NCBI GenBank assembly: GCA_002633005.1
Contig: NMRA01000132.1
Span: 186,001 to 250,000, forward strand
Source: Phoronis australis
Taxonomy: Eukaryota > Animalia > Phoronida
Reading direction: 5' to 3'
Length of the DNA: 64,000 nt
The notes under the pieces are model-generated. The model made no database searches, was not told the DNA's origin, and was given only the letters and a program-made list of their open reading frames with translations. Below are positions 49,001-60,387 of the stretch, piece by piece. Positions within the stretch are counted from its first letter, which is position 1, and the number at the start of each line of letters is the position of its first letter. The translations under genes and the position numbers were made by a program.

Positions 49001-52000
49001 TTGATTTTCTTTAGCTAGGCTGGTTCCTATGTTGATTATTTNATACAGAGTGATGTTATTAACCATTACTTAAGTACTGATTTTGACTCTCCACCAGGGT
49101 GCGCCTCTGGCTGAAGATGAGCTTTACATTGCTGTGAAAACTTGTAAAAAATTCCATGAAGAAAGGGGTATGTATGAGTAATAACACTGAGGTAACTACC
49201 GTAGATTTAGGAAAAGGGCAGCTGTACATCTTTTACCAATTGAAAATGGTGCAAGGAAAGAAGAGTGCTTTTAAGGTTGTGTCATCTGCTTTGGCCTTAT
49301 CGACTTGATGTGCGACCTAACATACACAATCTGTGAAGTTTACAGACATCTTACATGAATATATTCTCGTTGATTTTCTTTAGCTAGGCTGGTTCCTATG
49401 TTGATTATTTTTGTCAGGTGTTTTTTTTTCAGCAAAATATTCTCTGTGTTCACATCTATGAACAACTTTTAGGCACGGGTACATTTGAATAAAAGCATCT
49501 TACTAGTTAAGTGGTCTTGTTCATGAAATGCATTTGTAGGTGTCAGATCACTGAAAGTACTATTCCAGGGGTTTATGGTATTTTGATAAGTCAATATCTT
49601 ACCGTGTCTGAATTGCAATATACTTTTTGTTGTTCAAGTCCATAACTTAAGCTTCCCAATTGCCGGCTGAACTGTCTCGCGATCAGGGTCTCTGTTCACT
49701 CAATGGAGCATGTGACGATTTACGCAGTGTTCACATTAACCAAAAAACTTACTATGATTATGCAAGATTTTTACAAAGGACTACCGCTTTCGTTGTGAAC
49801 AGTGTAATTTGTAAGAGGAAAGGCGATGACGACGAACTTAATGGCAATGAAATGGGTGCCGATGGTGTACGGAGTAACTCTGTGTCAGCTCGATTCAGTG
49901 GGCGCCTGCAGAATTGGCGGGACTTAGGTCAGCTGTGCTGTGTGTTCACTTGGCAAAAATTGAGATAAATAATTACCTACCACAATACAAACACCAGTGT
50001 GGAGTGGATCGAGTATTCTTCTGATCACTAAATGCTGAATATAATAATTATACTGCTTATGATGTCGTACCCACTTGGGTGACCTTTCTAGCTTACCTGG
50101 AGCCTGTGAGGACATATCTCAAAAAATAATTAGTTAATGGCTGGTCTTTAAGAGTGGCAGCTTGTCTTATAGGCTTTAAGAATTGTAAAAAAAATTGCAA
50201 TGAGAATTAATTACAGACCGTCTGATACACGTTGTACCCGACGTGCGCAGGCCACTCATGTGGACTCCATCACACTGTTCACCTGGAACCATTTTCATGC
50301 ATTGTTAATATATAGTCAAAACTGAGCTGAGAAGCTATAGACTTGACTCAAGGGTCTTGCAGTGTGCCTCACTGGGACTCGAACCCATGACCTTGTGTTA
50401 AAGATGCAGACTCTTGTTACACTAGGCCACAATGCCTCCACTTTAGTTAGGAATTAGTAAGCTAGATAATGAAATGCTTAATATTAACCCTTAGTGTGGT
50501 ATTTGCTGTGAATCATCAAGGTGGCATTTAGAAAGCTTTCACGTAGTGAAACTTTGTTGGGGTTATCTCTTGAACCTACCTGTAAGTAATAGCTAGCCTT
50601 GTGTTTTTACTCCTTAGGCACTGTGAAGTAAACATTGTTAGATTGGTGTGCCATCTCCACTGACCAGATCCTTTACTCAGTACTAGTTTTGTTTTGACTT
50701 TGTAATTTAACTCGATGGAGTGGTATGACACGCATGCGTTCAGTTCAGTGAGTTAAGTCTGCCGTGGTGTTACAGTGCCTGTTCTAAAGAAGACGTGGGT
50801 TCCAACTGCCAAGCATATTGAGCTCTTCAGTGATGTGGCCGATCCTTCAATACCTACCATAGATCTTGGTGTTCCAAACACTGAGTCAGGTAGGTAGCAC
50901 AAACATCATTTATCTTAATATTTTGATGTGAAACTATAAGTAACCAAAGATATTGTAGCCATTTAACCATCTTTTATATTTCTTGATTTTGACACATATC
51001 ACAACTTTGAGCTCGTGTTTGTGATTATTAGAAAGTAGGGTGCAAACAATTAAATGTTATTTAAATAATATAGTTTTGTCAGAACCTTGGTTTGGGTTTG
51101 TCACGTAAGGATTTTGATTGTCAAAAGATACTGATTAGATTCTCTAGTCAGTGTTTCACAAATGCTATAATAATTGTTTTGGTTGTGACCACTTCTGTTT
51201 TTATCTTGTTTGTAATGAAATTGTTCAGAGGTTGCTAGGAATTGCTGAAAGTTTACAAGTTGCCGTCAGCATTCCACTAAATAAATGAAACACAATGTGG
51301 TGTTCACATGGCTGTAGACACTGCACTACTGCAGGACAATGTGGTGTTCACATGGCTGTAGACACTGCAGGACAATGTGGTGTTCACATGGCTGTAGACA
51401 CTGCAGGATCCACGTAGTAATTCTCTTCCAATTTTCTCTCTCTCTCTACAAGACAGATTTGACGGCTTGTAGACACTCCAAGATCCACTTACTTTCCTCC
51501 CAATTATACATCTCTCTACGTTATAGATGGCTTGTAGACACTTTAGGATCCTCATAATAATTTCCTCCCAGTTTCACATCTCTCTCCCTCTCCCTCCCTC
51601 TCTCCCCNNNNNNNNNNNNNNNNNNNNNNNNNNNNNNNNNNNNNNNNNNNNNNNNNNNNNNNNNNNNNNNNNNNNNNNNNNNNNTGTCAAGGTCACTGTG
51701 GAAAAATGGAGGCCATTCTAAGACGTATGCACACTGATGAATCAATGAAGAACTTCAAGTGGTTCGTCATTGCTGACGATGACACACTGCTTAGGTAGGT
51801 CTTAATTCGACTGCTCTCTGATTGTCGAATGTGGGAAGAAACATAAGGATTCATAGAAGTTATAAGCGTGATGTGTAAGTGTTCAGATGGAGTTTGTTAA
51901 TCATCTATTTATTTTTTAAACATTTATTCATCAAACACTAAAGTACAAGTCAACAACATTATCAGCGTATACTAAATACACAAACGACTATTTATCCACT

Positions 52001-55000
52001 GTTTACCCCCTGCAGCGCCCCCAGATGAGTGATGCAGCCCATGCATATTGTGCATGAATGAGCGAAAACTTTACTGGGCGAAAATAGACACCCACGATGT
52101 CCAAAGTTCTTTTATTTGTACCGGTCTAAGATTGCTAAGTTTTAGAAATACTTTTCTGTTGTTAATCGTCTTTGTACGTAATAAGTGTGTACTCCTTGAA
52201 ATTGGCTTATTGATATGTTATCAGATGATACAGATGTTGCTGATTATGCTCACAAATATATTGCCTTGATATTTTAGGGGTAAAATTCCAAGTAATAACG
52301 GAGGTATTCAGTTTCTTTGAGCAGCCACGTAATCCAGTCCTGTACATGTTGTAGTTGTTTGTTTGTGATTTGGCCGCTAACATCTGTTCAGTTCTACTCT
52401 GTGTTTATTGTCCTCTCTCAAGGTCAAGGTTGTTTTCAGAGTGGATCGACTCCGTAAACTACTTTCCTGTTACAATGCAGAGGAGGAGGTTGCCATTGGT
52501 GAGAAGTACGGTTATGATGTGAGGCGCGGCGGCTACGCCTATATGACTGGAGGATCGGGGTATGTGAACCATGGTTTGCTTGTGTTCAGTGTGCGAGTGG
52601 GACATGCGCGTGCAAGTCACCGAGTAGCTAGTATGAATGTCTATAGCATGTTGTACGAGTTGTAACCAAGGCATGGCTATTTTTGTTGTTTGAACTGGAG
52701 GGTTCTCGTCAATCTTACAGTGCAGCCACCGAATTGTTAGACTTCGTCCGGTCTGCCTCACACCTAGCCAGACAGGAGCCTTACCAGAACACAGGCGTGA
52801 GGGAAATCAGTCATGGCCTTCTCACGTTTAGTCTCTGGGGAGCCTTCACGCTTACCTTCGGTTTGGTTGACTTGTTCCTCACGTTTTCCTCGCGCCTTCG
52901 TCACACTTACCTCGTGCTTTCTTCATGCCTTTGGTGGCTGTGATAACCATGATGGTGGACTGAAAATAACTTCTAGATTTGCATTTACTGGTGGCTTTGG
53001 TGTAACTGTCAAGTAAGCCGTCATTTTGATCTAGTAGTTATTTTTCACCAGTTTCAAATAACTCCGTCATTTCATGTATTATTCAGTGCATACAATCGTC
53101 CTTCTTTAACTCGTTCAGCATTATGTTGTTCAATTACCACTCCAAAGCCTGTCCCATCAACGACCTTACTGTGATTAGTAAAGATGGACCAGTGCTGTAG
53201 TTGGGCGCACAGCCAACCACCTTTTGGCATTTGAATGTTGTGCCTACGCACCGTAAGTTACGTTGCAACTTCAGTACTCAAGGTGATACGGTGGGCTTCG
53301 GGCGCGCACTTACCTCCAATTTTACCACTGCAGCACTGAGATGCACAAACTCATTCCTCTGTCTCTTGTTACGGTCACGCCTAGCCTGACCAGAGGTAGA
53401 CCGAACGAAGTCTAATAATCCGTTAGCTGCACTGTTTGAGTGGCTAACCTTTGGGAACTTATTCCTGATGAAGATTTGCGTGCTTTCTCAGCTATTTTGT
53501 GCAGTTGACATACATGTAGAGGAGATTTAGTGTTTTCATACCACTTTTGGAAAAACAGGGCATTAGAAATGGGTCAAACTGTTGTGCTCATAGACTGCTG
53601 TCACATTTCAGTTTGTTTATTGTTTTAAAATCTTGCTATTGTGACAGCCATTAATTCTTTTTTTGAGTACAGATTACAACCAAACAGGGTAATGTGATCT
53701 GTCTCGTTTTGCAGGTCGTTGAATTCGTAACGGAGGTAAATAGTGCCATCATACTTCTTCTGCTTGTTTTTTTACTCGTATATGTTGTTATTTCAATTCT
53801 TTTTCAAAAGAAAGTACGAACGTAACGGAATAAAGACTGTGAACAATGAAAAGTGTCGTGCGTTTAACAAATTCTGTATAATGGAAAAAATATTGATGTT
53901 TCTTTTTTATGGCAGTTATGTGTATCTCACAAGGGCTTATCTGTATCATGTCAAAGTTACAATTATCATAAAGCACTGTGTGTCTGGAGTATGTATGCGT
54001 AGTTAGAACAATAAAAATTCAAAAGCATCATCTGCTGACCTTTCCCAAGACAATTGCGATATGATCTGCAGTCATGTTGGTAATACTAAAAGGTGTGATT
54101 GATACGTGTTGGTTCTTTGTATGCTCAATGGACTTTACTTTTATTAAATGGCAACTTCCTAGTTTTCTGTTGACTCGGTAGAGGGTATAGTTGCAGGAAT
54201 CTTTCATTTAGGGTAGCACAGTGTGGTATGTAGCTGCTTACTCTCCTCTGTGCCCCAATAGCAGTAGCTTTGCTAGTGAATGGATTGTGGTAAACCCCTA
54301 CACTTCCAAATGCACCTTTCAGCAACTTTGCCATTCAATCCTAAACGTGCTCACCAGCAAGTTTGGTACTTGCCCGTTTGTGACCTTATAAGTTCTAAAT
54401 TTCATGGAACATAGCTACATTTTAACACTATCAGACTATGCGACAAAAACAATATTCTAATTTTGTTAGTTCATCTCCATTTTTTCAATTATTGTTTTGC
54501 TGTTGATCACTAACTTGCAAAATTGCGATTGCGGGAATGGCCACACCGAACTGCCCATCAGTGAACAGATGTTTTGACTCAAGCTCAAAACAATTCATAA
54601 GATGAGGTTTGTCTTTCAACCAAAATCCATTCCCACTTCTTCACTGACCATTGATGCATGTTCATAGCTCTACCTTTTGTTCTAAAAGTTTCCTCGAAAT
54701 TTGATTGGCTTTGAGAAACGGAGTTCCGAAAAAGCGTGGCATTGAGAAAGTTAACTCCTTGAATTTTGATGCGGTGTTGTATCGCATTAACGTCTTTGAA
54801 ATATTCATAAAATTTGACAGGTTTGTTTTCGTGAATATGATGAATTAGGATTAGGTGCCTTTGCCATTTGCTATGCACACTGCGGGCGTGTATCTGCACT
54901 CTGTATTCCTCTTGGGTTGCATTCTAATAGCAAATGAAGCATGATACACTTCGGTGTCATACTTGCTATTACTTTTCAACCGTCTCATCAAGACCTGAAT

Positions 55001-56814
55001 TATCACAAGCCATTGAATGTCATGTTCGAGGGGTGCAATACAAGGATTTGCTGTTGGTTCTTAAATGTATCAATCAAAGCTGGGTTCGGAGTTTTCCTCT
55101 TTTACTAGGATTTCCTCTGTTTTGGCTTTGATTTCCTCTTATTTGATTTACAATTTACTCTTTTCTCATCTGTTTTTATCATTATTTTGACTTTATTCAT
55201 GCAAAAAACCATTTCTTGCAGTTAAATTTTACGTCTCAAAAATATTTCTATTATACGAGCCTGTTTATTTGTAGAACGATAGGTCACTTGGAAAATTTTT
55301 CAACTTTTTGACATTGGTCATTACAAGCCCTGTCAAAGATAGGAAGAAGAAGAACTAATATCATTTTAAATCTTTCCAATATCTGTAGAATGATATTGAG
55401 TCGAGCGGCGCTGGATACGATCATGAACGATCCTATGAGTAGGTGCCCTGGTAATGAAGCGCCCGATGATATGATGCTTGGTATATGGCTCAATCGGGCA
55501 GATATTGACATCACTCATTGCCCACTCCTACACCAGGTCAGTAGATTACCTTAGTTTGTGCCTGAATCATGTTGTACACACTGGTTTCAGACAAGATGTG
55601 CCAAGTTATAGTGTTGTCTCTCCATTTTGCTTGTTGTCATTTTAACTCAAACATGTCTTATGTGCCAGTTCAGGTTGTTATAAATACTCTCTCCATCACA
55701 AAAACAATTTTTGTTTTAGACTGCTTAACATTATGAAACTGGTCTCAAATTGTTCCTTTAAGTTAGTCCAAATACGTAGGTGAGGTTTGTGAGCATGGAA
55801 TGAACTGTCAGTTCATTATTGCTTGTCTGAGAGCAGTTTCATATGAATCCTATCAGCTATTCTAGACTGTTGATATGATGTTCCGAAGTTAAACAAACTT
55901 GGCCATTTTTCAAGGGTCCTACATAACCTAAGGCAGTTCAAAGTGTTAATAATTTAAATACTACTAGTATAAAAGATAGTATTTATTTTGTTTATCCAAC
56001 CCGATCATTGTAGTGCTCTACGCTCAGTGTAATGCCAAGTCACATTTGGCGACGTGGCAAAAATCCCAGGTTGCCAAACGAAATCTGAGGTCGACAAAAC
56101 TGAAAATCCCAGGTTGGCAAATTAAATCTGAGGGTGCCGATCAGCCATACTAATATTTCCCGTGAATCACATTCATTCTCTAACTCAATTGGTGGCCTGT
56201 GTTTGCCGACATTGCCCGATTTTTGCGGAACAATTCCGAGTTCTATCTGTTTACTTCCTGTTGTAATTTAAGCGTGTTTCATGTGTGCTAACTGCTGTCA
56301 GTGGTGGCAGCTGCTCTGATTTCATGAAATAAGGGTAACAATTTTGAATCAAAAGTAATGAATCTAGGAAAGCTGTTCATAAAATAAAGTTCGGAGGTCA
56401 AAACAAACTTTGAAACGAATTTAGGGGGAATTATTTTCTGACATTGTTACTCGCAGTGACGACTTCGTGGCAGCTTGAGATTTTCCCAGGTCACCAAATA
56501 CTATCTGAGGTCACATTGATGACCTGCAGGTCGCCAAATCGTGTGCTGTAGTATGGACGGTAGGGTTATGTCGTATTTGTTTTATTGACCCGACCTGATT
56601 ACTATAGTGTGGAAGATAGTAATTATGCCATATTTGTTTTTTATAGGCTCGACCAGATGACTATGCCATAGACTATGTGAAGAACCAGGTTCCTATTTCC
56701 TTTCACAAGTTTTGGAACAATGATCCCTATGAAGTGTACACAAAGTGGCTAGAGGGACACCTGGTGTCAGATAATTCAGAAGGTGTTACAGAGCGCAGTC
56801 GTCAGGAGCTGTAG
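37449..56814 (+). CDS. B3GLCT: Beta-1,3-glucosyltransferase (GT31, Fringe-like; Peters-plus gene orthologue), spliced CDS of 14 coding exons, 474 aa
   Basis: Manual join 37449-37470, 38527-38595, 38839-38951, 40728-40807 (or copy 41885-41964), 45170-45278, 46858-46985, 47354-47414, 47786-47905, 48729-48798 (or copy 49098-49167), 50776-50889, 51692-51794, 52440-52559, 55389-55536, 56647-56814 gives 1425 nt, open, all GT-AG. Motifs [71 protein letters not shown] and terminal RQEL are collinear with human B3GLCT as recalled (which ends REEL). Confidence 0.95.
38527..38595 (+). CDS. B3GLCT: B3GLCT coding exon 2 ([23 protein letters not shown]; signal/anchor hydrophobic segment)
   Basis: TTTTTTTCAG acceptor, AG|GTAAGT donor, 69 nt, phase 1-1, hydrophobic core. 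Confidence 0.8.
   Translation, partial: EMDHLYGVYYCLLLCVGKYCIP
38839..38951 (+). CDS. B3GLCT: B3GLCT coding exon 3 ([38 protein letters not shown])
   Basis: TTCTAG acceptor, GAG|GTGCGT donor; IQSQxNxFH motif. Confidence 0.92.
40045..40101. repeat. (TA)n/(TACATA)n microsatellite
   Basis: Direct reading; flanked by a 22-bp direct repeat. Confidence 0.95.
40728..40807 (+). CDS. B3GLCT: B3GLCT coding exon 4, copy A ([27 protein letters not shown])
   Basis: TGTCAG acceptor, AG|GTGAGT donor; LLH...GAW.LPLL motif; 80 nt, phase 0-2. Confidence 0.88.
41885..41964 (+). CDS. B3GLCT: B3GLCT coding exon 4, copy B (LLHETY variant); probably allelic/assembly duplicate
   Basis: Identical to 40728-40807 except TCT>ACT (Ser/Thr); inside the n-joined duplication. 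Confidence 0.6.
43630..44760 (-). mobile_element. Heavily decayed Gypsy-like pol remnant in B3GLCT intron 4
   Basis: Minus-strand peptides [25 protein letters not shown] and [19 protein letters not shown] resemble the pre-RT region (D.G.T..V.H.I.L.D..P); many stops. Confidence 0.6.
45170..45278 (+). CDS. B3GLCT: B3GLCT coding exon 5 ([36 protein letters not shown])
   Basis: TTGCAG acceptor, AAG|GTAACT donor; WIFFCE motif. Confidence 0.93.
45300..46445 (+). mobile_element. Helentron/HINE (DINE-1-like) non-autonomous element candidate
   Basis: 5' CTGTCTGTC tract, repeated TGTGCCCCCTAGTGGC and GAAATTTGGC modules, 3' GCGGGCGCAT followed by hairpin CAATGC-TTT-GCATTG near the end. Confidence 0.5.
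46858..46985 (+). CDS. B3GLCT: B3GLCT coding exon 6 ([42 protein letters not shown])
   Basis: TTCCAG acceptor, GTGAGT donor; FLGK.L.D.E.TIIHH motif. Confidence 0.94.
47354..47414 (+). CDS. B3GLCT: B3GLCT coding exon 7 ([21 protein letters not shown])
   Basis: TTTCAG acceptor (in-frame alternative start at 47360), GAG|GTGAGC donor; DFTID.K.E motif. Confidence 0.9.
47786..47905 (+). CDS. B3GLCT: B3GLCT coding exon 8 ([40 protein letters not shown])
   Basis: GTTTAG acceptor, GTAAGT donor, 120 nt, phase 0-0; conserved FC...C.T...C spacing. Confidence 0.9.
48070..48393. repeat. Long intronic inverted repeat (arms about 48070-48192 and 48266-48393) with a degenerate hammerhead motif in the spacer; PLE-like
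   Basis: CCTATGTTCAGGTGTGCAGTTATGAAGCAAAACACC pairs perfectly with GGTGTTTTGCTTCATAACTGCACACCTGAACATAGG; motif at 48227-48264. Confidence 0.85.
48729..48798 (+). CDS. B3GLCT: B3GLCT coding exon 9, copy A ([23 protein letters not shown])
   Basis: CACCAG acceptor, GTATGT donor; AVKTCKKFH motif. Confidence 0.9.
49098..49167 (+). CDS. B3GLCT: B3GLCT coding exon 9, copy B; identical duplicate, probably assembly overlap
   Basis: Same sequence 369 nt downstream of copy A, after the n at 49042. Confidence 0.55.
50215..50439 (-). mobile_element. tRNA-derived SINE
   Basis: Minus strand begins GGAGGCATTG, A-box TGGCCTAGTG (50420-50429), B-box GGTTCGAGTCC (50375-50385), then GACCCTTGAG body; 3' limit approximate. 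Confidence 0.75.
50776..50889 (+). CDS. B3GLCT: B3GLCT coding exon 10 ([38 protein letters not shown])
   Basis: TTACAG acceptor, AG|GTAGGT donor; TW...SD...SIPT.DLG.PNT motif. Confidence 0.95.
51292..51610. repeat. 36-bp minisatellite (3 units, ACAATGTGGTGTTCACATGGCTGTAGACACTGCAGG) grading into degenerate ~65-bp units and a CT-rich tract
   Basis: Direct reading; shared GGC(T)TGTAGACACT core. Confidence 0.85.
51608..51684. other. Assembly gap (77 N)
   Basis: Run of n ending 7 nt before exon 11. Confidence 1.
51692..51794 (+). CDS. B3GLCT: B3GLCT coding exon 11 ([35 protein letters not shown])
   Basis: GHCGK and catalytic DDD motif; AAG acceptor right after the gap, GTAGGT donor. Confidence 0.94.
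52440..52559 (+). CDS. B3GLCT: B3GLCT coding exon 12 ([40 protein letters not shown])
   Basis: TTTCAG acceptor, GTATGT donor; LLSCY...GE.YGY...Y.TGG.G motif. Confidence 0.95.
52718..53434. mobile_element. Non-autonomous Tc1/mariner-type element, 717 bp, about 42-bp imperfect TIRs
   Basis: TA|CAGTGCAGCCACCGAATTGTTAGACTTCGTCCGGTCTGCCTC versus GAGGTAGACCGAACGAAGTCTAATAATCCGTTAGCTGCACTG; the right flank is TT rather than TA. Confidence 0.75.
55082..55332 (+). repeat. Dispersed ~250-bp repeat, second copy at 59636-59873
   Basis: Shared TCCTCTTATTTGATTT, TTTGACTTTATTC, CAGTTAAATTTTAC, CAAAAATATTTCTAT, GGAAAATTTT blocks in the same order. Confidence 0.8.
55389..55536 (+). CDS. B3GLCT: B3GLCT coding exon 13 ([49 protein letters not shown])
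   Basis: CTGTAG acceptor, CAG|GTCAGT donor; APDDM.LG motif. Confidence 0.95.
56647..56814 (+). CDS. B3GLCT: B3GLCT coding exon 14 ([35 protein letters not shown]...SRQEL*)
   Basis: TTATAG acceptor; [13 protein letters not shown]; TAG stop at 56812-56814; KDEL-like RQEL. Confidence 0.95.
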   Translation, partial: ARPDDYAIDYVKNQVPISFHKFWNNDPYEVYTKWLEGHLVSDNSEGVTERSRQEL

Positions 56815-58480
56815 CTATCCCATGCTGGTGAGGTTGGTGATGGGAACCACAAGAAGTGACAAGAGGTGCTGATTATGTGGGGAATGGTGTTGGTGAACAA
56901 CAGTTTAGTTTCAGCAGTTCTTTGGATAGTTAAGCGTATTGAATATATTTGATATTAGTTTGTTAGGTATCCTTTGGGTTGATACTGCTTTTCCATGCAC
57001 AATGTAACACAATGGGAATTTTAGCAATCCTCTTGTGGTTGCTTTTGTGTGTGGTGCCCATTTTTAGGAGCTCTGGTTGCTGTGAGGAACAATGTCTCTG
57101 TATACATAGTTTGTTATGGTGTCAAAATAGCGATCATGGTGCCATCTGGAGAATTATCTTGATCAAGATTTTGTATATTGTTGACAGTGAGACGTCCTGG
57201 GACAACTCCAAGATGTGAAAAACAGAAGACATTTGATAGTCAAGGGTTATATACATACAGCTGTAAGCTATACTTATGTACAGTGGAACAGTCAGATGAG
57301 CGTTGTTTGGTATAAATAGCAGAACTTCAGCTGATAGTTAACACACCCATGGAGGTCAAGTCATCAAACTAACATAAGTTTCCGACAGCTGAATAAGCAA
57401 CAAGTGCCAAGAATTAGATTTACCCTGATGTTAGTTGACTCCTGGAAACTGGAGTGAATTCGTCCGATTTAGTTATATCATGACACTTTCTTGACATGTA
57501 GGTCACAAGGTGCTAGTTACTTGAAAAGCTTTACCAAGTTTTACAGTTACTTTTTATCGATGTTAAGTGGTTTTTAATCTCCTGTGTCAAATTATTGAAT
57601 TGGTGGCGTTAATGTAGCCAGTTTTTATGCATCCACGTCAATATATGTTGGTGCATTATGCCCATCGGTCTAATTTGTGGCTGGCCGCATCTGGTCAGCC
57701 AGTGTCCTCTGTTTTATCTCCAAATCACCAAGATGGATATTTCGTGAATAGAGCAACATTCATGAGCAAATTTTCAGCTACTTTCGAGTACCAGTACCCC
57801 CTAGTTGAAAAGTTGGCTAATAAGTTTGTTCCTGTCTTGTTTCTGATAGATTCGACTTATACCCCCCCCCCCCCACTTAATGGCTGTTTTATTTCTAATA
57901 AACACCTCTAGAAGCATACCGTTTGCAATTTAGTCCTGGTCGCATTTCAACACTGCATTGTTGAATGTAAATATAACTTGCTCAAGTTTTATATTCACTG
58001 ATTTGAGATTCAACAATTTGATGTTTAAACTCATGTTAGGTCAGGTCAAATTTGGCAGGAAGTGTTCCTGTGAACAAAGTTATTTCTTCCCCACTGTAGA
58101 CAGTCTTGGAAGACAGCATTTCACTTTTTCTACTGGTTTATTCCTGCCGACAGTTTACACTCTGGCAGCAACTTCCACGAAACAAGTTTGACATTGGACA
58201 AGTTATTATATTTGTTTCATTTTGCCACTGTATGTCTTTGACGTTAATAGTGTAACGAGCGTCTCATCTGCTAGTGCTTTGTAAATCAGGGCGCAAGAAT
58301 CTCACGGGAATGCAAGATTATGGAAGACTTGGTCACATTTTGCCGAGTATTACAGCCCAGGCAAGGTGGTGTCTAGACATGTGGACTCAATGCTCAATGT
58401 ATCACTCCAAATATCCTGTGCAAACAATTTTCCCTTGCCTCAGTCTTGCTGATCATCTTGCGAATTGCCATCTTGCAGTG

Positions 58481-58925
58481 TACTGCGTATTCCCGCACCA
58501 TTAGACCCATGGGCGTCTTTGCGGAACTGCGCTTATATGCGAAGCTTAGGCGAATGAGCCAACATGCGAACCATTTGAATAGGTAGAAAAGTCCACGAAA
58601 AAGGCATTATCTGGGATGCAGGCTCATGGCCCTAAGAGGTGCGGCAGTATGGTAATACAAAACTGTTTACCAAGTTTCTTCAAAATACGCCAAGGAACTC
58701 TAGTGAGGCAAAGTAAAAAGTTGCTATTAGGAGGCACAGCATAGTCAAAACGGGTGCGCTTATATGCAAATTAATGTGTGGACTTGTGCTGAGGACATTA
58801 CTGGCTATGTATGTAAAACTTACGCGCATGCACCAATATGTGAATCACTTCGATAAAACGAGGCTGCGAAAATGGGCATTATTTCGTATATAAGCCCATG
58901 TGCTGGATGTCGAGGCAATATGGTA
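58481..58925. mobile_element. Decayed TA-flanked MITE (pogo/mariner-like) in the putative 3' UTR
   Basis: CGTATTCCCGCACC...GGTGCGGCAGTATGGTA, a second right end GGCAATATGGTA, repeated TGCGCTTATATGC. Confidence 0.45.
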
Positions 58926-59104
58926 AAAGTTATTTTGATTCTTGTACAATATTTGAAGCTTTTGTTGATTGCCATTGGACAGATGCTGTAAAATTTTGTT
59001 GGTTCTTGTTATTGGTTATATATTTTATAACAATTTTACTATTGCATTGCTTCACTTAAAATTCATAAGTATTGTTGTTATGAGAAAACACGTAGTGAAC
59101 AAAA

Positions 59105-59110
59105 AATAAA
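59105..59110 (+). terminator. Candidate polyadenylation signal for B3GLCT
   Basis: AATAAA about 2.3 kb after the stop, followed by T/GT-rich sequence; alternative AATAAA at 57897-57902. Confidence 0.35.
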
Positions 59111-60387
59111 TGAACTGTTCAAATACCAAAAATTCTTGTTGGTCTAAACCAGCTTAGCAGCTTTTGTGATGTGGTGCAAGAAATCCGCTTGGCTACTTGA
59201 CTACAGTTTGAATTACTATCATATCCGTGTTTCATACATTTTGATATTCATATCCACGGGTGCAACCGACCTGAGAACCCCGCCTTTGCACCGGTAGCGT
59301 CAAAGCTTGTTTACATAATGAAATAGTCAAATTCGAATATCTCAAAATCATAGAGAAGAACGTTTTAGATAATAAATGTTAGGAGTCATTTAGTAGGTCG
59401 CTCTACATTCAATAGATTTCATAGACCAAGTTTTGCAATGATTGTTCAAACCGTTGATGAGACACCTCCAAATCAAAAGAAAATTCAAAATGGCGGTCAT
59501 AGGGGCCATGTCCGGCGCCGGAATGTATATTTCACATGAAAGTCACCATAGACGTAAAAGCCATTGAAACTAAGTCATCGTTAATTTTGTCAAAAATGTA
59601 TTTCGACTAAAAGGTCTTTGTGCACACCATCTTCAGGTTTTGGGATATTCCTCTTTTAAGAGGATCTCCTCTTTTTGGTTTTGATATCCTCTTATTTGAT
59701 TTCCAGTTTCCTCTCTGTTGTCTCTTTTTGTCATTACTTTGACTTTATTCTTGCAAAAACATTTTATTTCAGTTAAATTTTACAACACAAAAATATTTCT
59801 ATCACACGAGCCTATTTGTGGAACAATACATCACCTGGAAAATTTTCCTGTTTTTGTCATTTGTCATTCCAACAGATACGATTGAAACTTCGTGTTCCAG
59901 TTGTATACTCATCTTAAAGGAGGGTGCCACCAAAAACAACGTATTGTTTATCAATTAAGATCCAGTAGCTCCAATCGATAACAGCAAGCTCAGTTCTTTT
60001 ACCCGACACTAGACGGCAGACGGAGGCGTTGAAATTAACCAATGACGTCACAGGTTCTAATATAGCATGCTCACAGTTCACAAAACGATTACAGGTGATG
60101 TAAAACCCTTACAAATACATTAAGTTTTTAAACAAGTGAGTCGTTTTATTTCGCTGTTACGAATTTATAGAAACTGTTGAACGTACTATCACGGCCTACA
60201 AAGTTCGGTACTAGGCCTACTTACCGAGGTCAGTCGCGGGAAGTTTGAAGTCACTTCGGTGATAAATAAGAATTATTCGTCCGTGAAATGCAGACAGGAG
60301 AGCATATAGGCGTATGTTGTAATTTTTGACTTGCGAATTGTTTCTGTTCTAAATACAAAACTCGTTATAGCTCACTGGCTTGGAACC

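Larger units (their letters stand above)
48674..49410. repeat. Tandem duplication (48674-49041 / 49043-49410) joined by a single n; includes exon 9 twice
   Basis: n at 49042; 368-bp copies with a few intronic SNPs. Confidence 0.95.

Noticed and set aside
50365-50439. Functional tRNA gene
   Set aside because: A and B boxes are present, but there is no acceptor stem/cloverleaf and it continues into a SINE-like body.
51292-51408. 36-bp direct repeats as a CRISPR array
   Set aside because: Units are head-to-tail without unique spacers, there are no cas genes, and the context is a eukaryotic intron.
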